A stretch of 11,912 nt of DNA from Longimicrobiales bacterium. GTDB lineage: Bacteria > Gemmatimonadota > Gemmatimonadetes > Longimicrobiales > Gaopeijiaceae. The DNA lies in the NCBI GenBank assembly GCA_965197725.1, contig CBDANQ010000018.1, forward strand, positions 1-11,912. Reading direction: 5' to 3'. This document shows positions 1 to 5,845 of the stretch, in pieces. Made by a program: the position numbers and the translations under genes. Every line of letters begins with the position of its first letter. The first letter of the stretch is position 1. The notes below the pieces were generated by a model, which saw only the letters and a list, made by a program, of their open reading frames with translations, had not been told where the DNA came from and ran no database searches.

Positions 1-327
1 ATCTGCTCGGGATATCTGTATTGTGCCCCCAGAGTTGCCCCATAATCGCACCCGCATCCAGCGCTCGCCATCAGCGTCCATTGCGATCCAGCATAGCGGA
101 GCCATCGTCATGGCCCTCGGATTGCCAGCAGCTCGGGGGACGGGGATTGGGGTCATGTCCTCCTCCACACCACCGCATGCCGGGGTGTTGCTATGCTCGG
201 CGATCTCCGCTTCCTCTCGCAAGTCTGTCCACGTCACGCCGTCACGGGCCATGTGGTCCGGTCCCTGTGCCCGCCGCTTGATCTCCGCCGCCAGCGCGAT
301 GGCCGCCGCCGCTTCCTCCTTTGTCAT
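1..327 (-). CDS. Hypothetical protein, 3'-partial (runs off the left edge; at least 109 aa)
   Basis: Hand translation of the minus strand from ATG at 327 (CAT 325-327) gives MTKEEAAAAIALAAEIKRRAQGPDHMARDGVTWTDLREEAEIAEHSNTPACGGVEEDMTPIPVPRAAGNPRAMTMAPLCWIAMDADGERWMRVRLWGNSGGTIQISRAD with no stop before base 1. It is preceded by AAGGAGCGGAGCACC (SD-like). It is not in the ORF track, presumably because its stop lies outside the window. No family recognised. Confidence 0.6.
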   Translation of the reverse strand, partial: MTKEEAAAAIALAAEIKRRAQGPDHMARDGVTWTDLREEAEIAEHSNTPACGGVEEDMTPIPVPRAAGNPRAMTMAPLCWIAMDADGERWMRVRLWGNSGGTIQISRAD

Positions 328-436
328 GGTGCTCCGCTCCTTGCCGGAGTGAGCGGCCAAGGTAGCGGGCGGGTGTCATCACCCCATCAGCGGCCCCCGC
401 GCAACGGGGTCACCGGCCTCCCGCACGTCCGGGGGC

Positions 437-895
437 TCATTCCCGGACCCGCTCAAGGACCATGCGGAACGGCTCCTTCTCCGGGCACCGGATCACGGCA
501 ACCAACCGGTACGGGTGCCGGCGCCCTAACCACTCCGCAAGCAGGGACCGGTCGCCTCCGCCTTCCACCTCCCCCGCTATGGAGCACACGCCTCCCGCCT
601 CACCCATGTGGTAGTAGAAGCCCCCTAGCTCCAACTCCAAGTACGGATTATCCCAAGACCCGGCCACATGTAGGGGGAGCGCACTGGAGGCCCGCGTCAT
701 GGCCTCCTTCAAGGTCCCGGACAGGTCTCCAGCCACCCGGCCATCCTCCTCCACAAGACGGAGCCACGTCCAATGTTCCGGCTCGCCGTGTTCCCACGTT
801 CCGCTAACGGGGGGAACGCCAACCACCCTCACGCCCATCAGCACCATGAACGCGAGCACTACCAGCGTCATGAGTACCGCCGTGAGGTTCTTCAT
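437..895 (-). CDS. Hypothetical exported or membrane-anchored protein (152 aa)
   Basis: Track ORF 437..934. The better start is ATG 895 (MKNLTAVLMTLVVLAFMVLMGV...), preceded by GGAAGGAAAGGG. It has an N-terminal basic residue plus a hydrophobic helix (signal or anchor), then beta-rich-looking sequence ('VSGTW...LRLVEEDGRVAGDL...VAGSWDNPYLELEL'). Confidence 0.7.
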   Translation of the reverse strand: MKNLTAVLMTLVVLAFMVLMGVRVVGVPPVSGTWEHGEPEHWTWLRLVEEDGRVAGDLSGTLKEAMTRASSALPLHVAGSWDNPYLELELGGFYYHMGEAGGVCSIAGEVEGGGDRSLLAEWLGRRHPYRLVAVIRCPEKEPFRMVLERVRE

Positions 896-961
896 CTGAT
901 CCCTTTCCTTCCGTAGCACGGCTACGGGTGCCACTGGTGATCGTCTTGGAAGGAGTACTAG

Positions 962-978
962 CAGACCGTGGATAAAGT
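962..978 (+). repeat. Left terminal inverted repeat of the IS (preceded by CTAG target 958-961)
   Basis: CAGACCGTGGATAAAGT; 13/17 match to the reverse complement of 2440-2456. Confidence 0.82.
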
Positions 979-1038
979 CCGGTCATCGCTGTTGTGTTAA
1001 ATCAGGAGGACACGAGGGTTTTTGCAGCGAGGACGGCG

Positions 1039-2460
1039 ATGGCGGTAGGCAAGCGGCCCGAGGCTCGGCAGGGCGAGATGTTCGTGGTGGCGAGCGAGAT
1101 TCGGGCCTTGGACAACCCGTTCTACTGGGCCTTGAACGAGCTTCTGGCGAAAAGCGGGTTTGACGAGTTCGCGGAAGAGGCATGCCGTGAGTTCTACGCG
1201 GACAATCGGGGTCGGCCGGGGATTGCTCCCGGGGTGTATTTCCGAATGATGATGGTGGGCTACCTGGAAGGGATCGGCTCGGAGCGGGGCATTGCCTGGC
1301 GGTGTGGGGACTCGTTGTCGTTGCGTGAGTTTCTGGGATACGGGTGGGCGAAGAACCCGCCGGAGCATTCGACCCTGTCGAAGACGCGCAAGCGCCTGAG
1401 CGTGGAAGCGCACGCGGCGGTGTTCGGGCGGGTGCTGGAGCTGCTGAAGGGGTCGGGGTTGCTGAGCGGCAAGACGCTGGGCGTCGACTCGACGACGCTG
1501 GAGGCGAATGCGGCGATGCGCACGATCGTGCGGCGCGACGACGGGTTGGGCTACGATGAATGGCTGGAGCAGGTGGCCCGGGCGTCGGGGATCGAGACGC
1601 CGACGCGCAAGGATCTGACGACGCTGGACCGGAAGCGTCCGAAGAAGGGCTCGAACAAGGACTGGGTGCATCCGCACGACCCGGAGGCGCGGATCACGAA
1701 GATGAAGGACGGCAGGACGCGCCTGGCGCACAAGTTGGAGCAGGCGGTCGACATGGAGACCGGTGCGCTTGTGGCGGTGACGGTGCAGACGATGGACGGG
1801 GGAGATGTGGCGTCGCTGCCCAACACGCTGGACGAGGCAGAGCGGCAGCTGGAAGTAGTGCAGGTAGAGCCCGAGGAAGTGGTGGCCGACAAAGGCTACC
1901 ACTCGAACAAGACCATGACGGGCGTGAAGGAGCGGGAGCTGCGCAGCTATGTGAGCGAGCCCAACCGCGGGCGCCGGAAATGGAAGAACAACCGGGACGC
2001 GCAGACGCCGACCTACGACAACCGCCGCCGGATCCGCGGCAACCGGGGGATGCGGCTGCTGCGCCAGCGCGGCGAGAAGGTGGAGCGGGGGTTTGCGCAC
2101 TTGCTTGTGACCGGAGGGCTGCGTCGCGTCCACATACGGGGCCAGGAGGAGATTCGAAAACGGATGTTGATCCACGCGGCGGCCTTCAACCTCGGCCTTC
2201 TCATGCGCAAGCGGTTCGGGGTTGGAACCCCCCGTGCGTTACAGGGCCTCGCTACCGTACAAGCTGCGCTCGCAACTCAGGTTACAACCCGCGTCTCGCG
2301 CTTTTTCCGCCGTATTCGGCGCTATTTCGCCTTCCTTGGGCCGAATATCGCCTCGTCAGACCCCAAAACCCGCTTCTTGCACAACAACACAGCCCCCGCG
2401 TGTCTGCCTTCTCTCCCACCCATCATCCGCTGGGAACCTATTTCTTCCACGGACTGCTAG
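1039..2460 (+). CDS. Transposase, IS1182-like (InsH N-terminal/DUF772 plus DDE domain), 473 aa
   Basis: N-terminal DUF772-type motifs GRPGIAPGVYFRMMMVGYLEGIGSERGIAWRCGDSLSLREFLGY and PEHSTLSKTRKR. Catalytic triad segments GVDSTTLEA, VVADKGY and EKVERGFAH, plus the HDPEARITKMK motif. ATG 1039 is preceded by GAGG. Frame is intact. Confidence 0.93.
   Translation: MAVGKRPEARQGEMFVVASEIRALDNPFYWALNELLAKSGFDEFAEEACREFYADNRGRPGIAPGVYFRMMMVGYLEGIGSERGIAWRCGDSLSLREFLGYGWAKNPPEHSTLSKTRKRLSVEAHAAVFGRVLELLKGSGLLSGKTLGVDSTTLEANAAMRTIVRRDDGLGYDEWLEQVARASGIETPTRKDLTTLDRKRPKKGSNKDWVHPHDPEARITKMKDGRTRLAHKLEQAVDMETGALVAVTVQTMDGGDVASLPNTLDEAERQLEVVQVEPEEVVADKGYHSNKTMTGVKERELRSYVSEPNRGRRKWKNNRDAQTPTYDNRRRIRGNRGMRLLRQRGEKVERGFAHLLVTGGLRRVHIRGQEEIRKRMLIHAAAFNLGLLMRKRFGVGTPRALQGLATVQAALATQVTTRVSRFFRRIRRYFAFLGPNIASSDPKTRFLHNNTAPACLPSLPPIIRWEPISSTDC
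2440..2456 (-). repeat. Right terminal inverted repeat of the IS (followed by CTAG 2457-2460)
   Basis: ATTTCTTCCACGGACTG, reverse complement CAGTCCGTGGAAGAAAT. Confidence 0.82.
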
Positions 2461-2570
2461 AAGGGACGGCGCCCACGCTAACAATCGGTCTCTAGGACCC
2501 TAGGCGGGACGGGCTACCGACCCTGTGTACCCAACGAAACTACCTATTCGTCGTCATACAAGGGGGTGCG

Positions 2571-2600
2571 TTGCCGCGTTCGCTCCGCTTGGACTACTGT
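2571..2600 (+). promoter_or_regulatory. Possible sigma70 promoter for murQ
   Basis: TTGCCG (2571-2576), 18-nt spacer, TACTGT (2595-2600), about 50 nt upstream of the murQ ATG. Only a moderate consensus match. Confidence 0.3.
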
Positions 2601-2647
2601 TCGGCGCCCGAGAAGAAACCGTGTGCCTTCACGTACCGACAAGCGCT

Positions 2648-3550
2648 ATGCGCGATCCCCGCCTCACAGAACAACGGAATGCCCGGTCCAGCCGTATCGA
2701 CGAATTGGACGCTCTGGGCATCGTGGACCTCATCAACGCGGAGGACGGCATGGTCGCCGCCGCGGTACGTGAGCAGCGTGAGGCGATCGCCCGCGCGATG
2801 GAGCTCGCCGAGGCCGCGTTCCGGGCCGGGGGGCGTCTCATTTACGTGGGCGCAGGCACCTCGGGAAGGCTCGGGGTCCTCGATGCCGCGGAGATGCCAC
2901 CGACGTTTGGCACCGATCCCGAGATGGTACGAGGCATCATCGCGGGTGGGTACGAGGCGCTCGTCCGCGCGAGGGAGGGTGCCGAGGACCAAAGCGAGGA
3001 CGGCGGGGCCGCGATCGACGAGATCGAGGTCAGCGCGGACGACTTCGTGCTCGGCATCGCCACCTCGGGCACGACGCCCTATGTGCACGCGGCGCTCGCC
3101 CGCGCGCGCGAGCGTGGGGCCAAGACCGGCTTCTTGCTGTGCACCCGTCCGTCCAGGGAGCTGCTCGAGGGGCACGACGTCGTGGTCGCGCCTCTGGTGG
3201 GCCCCGAGGTGATCACCGGGTCCACCCGCATGAAGGCCGGTACCGCGACGAAGCTGGTGCTCAACACCATCACGACCGGAGCGATGGTCCGGCTGGGGAA
3301 GGTCTACGGCAACCTGATGGTCGATCTACAGGTCACGTGCGAGAAGCTGCGGGACCGGGGTGTGCGCATTCTCTCCGAGACGCTCGATCTCGAGCGGCCC
3401 GACGCGGCGAGCCTGCTCGAACGGGCACGCGGCCACGTGAAGACCGCGCTGGTGATGGGACGCCTGAATGTCGATCGGGAGGAAGCGACTCGACGACTCG
3501 AGGACGCCGCCGGCGCCCTCACGACGGTGCTGGGAGATCTGGACCGGTGA
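2648..3550 (+). CDS. murQ: N-acetylmuramic acid 6-phosphate etherase (300 aa)
   Basis: Hallmark motifs TEQRN, GGRLIYVGAGTSGRLGVLDAAEMPPTFG, GIATSGTTPYV, VGPEVITGSTRMKAGTATKLVLN and GKVYGNLMVD...EKLRDR. ATG 2648 (MRDPRLTEQRN) fits normal MurQ length better than the track start at 2525. Confidence 0.96.
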   Translation: MRDPRLTEQRNARSSRIDELDALGIVDLINAEDGMVAAAVREQREAIARAMELAEAAFRAGGRLIYVGAGTSGRLGVLDAAEMPPTFGTDPEMVRGIIAGGYEALVRAREGAEDQSEDGGAAIDEIEVSADDFVLGIATSGTTPYVHAALARARERGAKTGFLLCTRPSRELLEGHDVVVAPLVGPEVITGSTRMKAGTATKLVLNTITTGAMVRLGKVYGNLMVDLQVTCEKLRDRGVRILSETLDLERPDAASLLERARGHVKTALVMGRLNVDREEATRRLEDAAGALTTVLGDLDR

Positions 3551-5217
3551 GTGACCGTCGTCGTTCTCGTCTGCTCGCGCTCGCGATCAGCCTCTTCGCG
3601 TCGGCGGTGCTGGTGGTCGCGGCGTTCAACCCCGCGCCCCACAACGGCGGAGACAACGCGGCGTACGTGACCCTCGCATTCTCACTCGCGCAACAAGGTA
3701 CGTACACGGACCTCTATGATCCCGCTGGCCTCCCGCATACGAAGTATCCGCCTGTCTTTCCAGGCCTTCTCGCGGTCCTGCTCCTGCTCGGCGTCCGGAC
3801 CTGGACGGCGCTGAAGGCGGTCACTGCGCTCTCGACCGTCGCCGCCGTAGGGTTCACGTTTCTTTGGGCCGAGCGCCGGCTCGGTCCCTGGCCTGCGTTC
3901 GGGATCTCGCTGCTGCTCGCGATCTCCTCAGCGGTCGTGTACTACAGCCACTGGATCCTGTCCGATCCTCTCTTCGTCGCGTTCAGCATGGCCGCGCTCT
4001 GGGCTCTGGAGGGTGCGGACTCCGACGACACGAAGTGGTGGTGGATCGTCGGCGGTGTGGCGGCGGTGGGCCTGGCGTACTTCACGCGCTCGGCCGGGCT
4101 GCCGCTCCTGGTCGCTCTGTTCGTCTGGTTCGGACTGAGGAAACGATGGCGTGCGCTGGGCGGCAGCGCCCTGGCGGTCGGCATACCGGCACTGCTCTGG
4201 TGGTTGCGCGGGCGCGGCGAAGGCGTTCCCGAGTACGGTACCGAGTTCTGGATGGTCGACCCTTATCAGCCGGCGCTCGGCACGGTGGGTGTCGGCGGGC
4301 TCGTGAGCCGCGCGCTCAACAACTCCTGGGCGTACATGAGCGCGCACGGTCCCGGAGGAATCCTCGGAGGGAGCGGAGGCGGCGTTGCGGCGTTCGGAGT
4401 CCTCATCACGGTCGCGGCGCTCTACGGATGGTTTCGGAGCTCGAGGGAGCGCGTCGGGGTTGCCGAGCTATTCCTGCCTCTGTACGCCGGCCTAATCCTG
4501 CTCTGGCCCGAGGTCTGGTCGGGCGACCGGTTTGCGCTCCCGCTCTATCCGCTCTTCTTCCTTTTCGCGGCACTTACGCTGCGAACGATTGCGAGCAAGG
4601 TCGGTGGAACGGGCGGAAGCGCTCTCATCGTCGCCGTGATGTCCACGGTATTGCTCCCGGCGGGTAGGGATTGGATGGCCTCCGTGCAACAGGCCTCTGC
4701 TTGTGCCAACGCGACCAGATCCGGAGGTGCGTGGGCCTGCTATGGGTCGGGCGTCGGCGACTTCGCTACGGCGGCGGAGTGGATGGGCGAGGCGCTTCCT
4801 GAAGGTTCGGCGGTCATAACGAGGAAGCCTCGGCTCTTCTACGTGCTCTCTGGGATCCCGAGCCGTGTCTTCCCCTTCGACGACGATCCAGCGGTGCAGC
4901 TTACGGAAGCCGACCGACTCGGCGCGCGGTACCTGCTGCTCGATCAGTGGGACGGGCTCGCGAGGCGGTACGTGGGTGGTGCGCTCCAACGGTATCCGCA
5001 GGCGTTCTGTTCGGTGCGGGCGTTTGGGAGCGCCGAGGCGCCGTCGTACCTGCTGGGTGTCCGTCCCCCTTCCGAGCGCGGCTTCGGGGCGCCGAGCGGG
5101 GGCGACGTGCAGATCGACGGCTGCACGACCGATTTCGCCTTGGCGGGTGCGCCCGGCGTGGGCTACTCGTCGTCGACGTCGATGCGGATTCCGTTGCTCG
5201 ACGGGCTGGACCCGTAG
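3547..5217 (+). CDS. GT-C fold integral membrane glycosyltransferase (ArnT/PMT-like, GT39/GT83-type), about 556 aa
   Basis: The GTG start overlaps the murQ stop (GTGA 3547-3550). First TM helix is followed by an acidic loop (HNGGDNAAY), then YPPVFP, ILSDPLF, AYFTRSAG and DRFALPLYP, many TM helices and a C-terminal soluble domain. The first 136 aa of track ORF 3139..5217 are shadow of murQ. Confidence 0.82.
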   Translation: MSDRRRSRLLALAISLFASAVLVVAAFNPAPHNGGDNAAYVTLAFSLAQQGTYTDLYDPAGLPHTKYPPVFPGLLAVLLLLGVRTWTALKAVTALSTVAAVGFTFLWAERRLGPWPAFGISLLLAISSAVVYYSHWILSDPLFVAFSMAALWALEGADSDDTKWWWIVGGVAAVGLAYFTRSAGLPLLVALFVWFGLRKRWRALGGSALAVGIPALLWWLRGRGEGVPEYGTEFWMVDPYQPALGTVGVGGLVSRALNNSWAYMSAHGPGGILGGSGGGVAAFGVLITVAALYGWFRSSRERVGVAELFLPLYAGLILLWPEVWSGDRFALPLYPLFFLFAALTLRTIASKVGGTGGSALIVAVMSTVLLPAGRDWMASVQQASACANATRSGGAWACYGSGVGDFATAAEWMGEALPEGSAVITRKPRLFYVLSGIPSRVFPFDDDPAVQLTEADRLGARYLLLDQWDGLARRYVGGALQRYPQAFCSVRAFGSAEAPSYLLGVRPPSERGFGAPSGGDVQIDGCTTDFALAGAPGVGYSSSTSMRIPLLDGLDP

Positions 5218-5840
5218 AGGAGCGCGAGCGCGACGCCGAAGATCACATGCTCGACATACGCGCGGTCGTGCGGATCGAGATCCTCCAGGAGGTGTCCGAT
5301 CACGGGCAGGCGGTGTTGGGGGGCGTGCGCCCCGAGCAAGCGGGAGAGGCCCCCGGCGGTGTCGACGGCATATTCCGCGGTTCCGTAGAGCGCGCCTTTT
5401 ACCAGCGTTGGTCCGGGCACTCGCGGCTCCACCACCGCCCCGTAGACGAGGCCCTGCCCAATGCCGGCCAAGAGGCGATCGCCCGTCTCCCTGTCGAGCG
5501 GACCCACGCCCGACTCGCCGCGAAGCAGCGGCCGGAGCAGGTCGACCATGAGAGCCGCCCCGGCCCCGGCCACGCCAGCACGCAACAAGCGCAGCGTTGC
5601 GGTCTTCCTCCGTGGCTTCCAGCCGTTCAACACTTTGGCCACGGCGGCCGTGGCGCCAGACGCCACGACGTCGTCGATGGTGGGCCACGCCAGCGCTGGG
5701 CCGCTCTCGCCCTCGGCGCTCAACGGCTTAGCTTGCCGCGCGGCGAGCCCCTTGAGCGATCGACCCGCCGCGGGCGGACCCTCTCGGGCCCGCTCGAGGG
5801 CGTAGCCAAGGCGAAACCAGAGGCTCTGTTTGGGAGGCAT
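5163..5840 (-). CDS. Hypothetical membrane protein (about 225 aa)
   Basis: Track ORF 5163..5888, likely start ATG 5840 (MPPKQSLWFRLGYALERARE). Gly/Ala-rich hydrophobic helices with repeated G-x-x-YG and H-x-x-FG motifs (GLVYG, GALYG, HVIFG), reminiscent of DUF1440-like small membrane proteins. Confidence 0.72.
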   Translation of the reverse strand: MPPKQSLWFRLGYALERAREGPPAAGRSLKGLAARQAKPLSAEGESGPALAWPTIDDVVASGATAAVAKVLNGWKPRRKTATLRLLRAGVAGAGAALMVDLLRPLLRGESGVGPLDRETGDRLLAGIGQGLVYGAVVEPRVPGPTLVKGALYGTAEYAVDTAGGLSRLLGAHAPQHRLPVIGHLLEDLDPHDRAYVEHVIFGVALALLYGSSPSSNGIRIDVDDE

Positions 5841-5845
5841 GGGCG

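Larger units (their letters stand above)
962..2456 (+). mobile_element. IS1182-like (IS5/IS4-superfamily DDE) insertion sequence, about 1.5 kb
   Basis: A single transposase ORF is bounded by imperfect inverted repeats (CAGACCGTGGATAAAGT vs CAGTCCGTGGAAGAAAT, 13/17 identical) and flanked by CTAG on both sides (958-961 and 2457-2460). Confidence 0.88.

Noticed and set aside
21..807. Plus-strand ORFs 21..281, 23..352 and 193..807
   Set aside because: Pro/Ser/Arg-rich shadows of the two minus-strand genes, which have better SD sequences and more protein-like composition.
997..2495. Long alternative ORFs within the IS (997..2175 minus, 1560..2495 plus)
   Set aside because: Antisense and off-frame shadows expected from high GC3 codon usage in the transposase; no recognisable motifs.
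2476..2590. Integron attC site or hammerhead ribozyme right of the IS (GCTAAC; CGAAAC)
   Set aside because: No matching RYYYAAC/GTTRRRY pair with complementary arms, and no CUGANGA core correctly placed relative to GAAA.
3139..3546. N-terminal 136 aa of the 692-aa track ORF
   Set aside because: Overlaps murQ in another frame and is Arg/Gly-rich nonsense. The GTGA coupling at 3547 gives a natural start just before the first TM helix.
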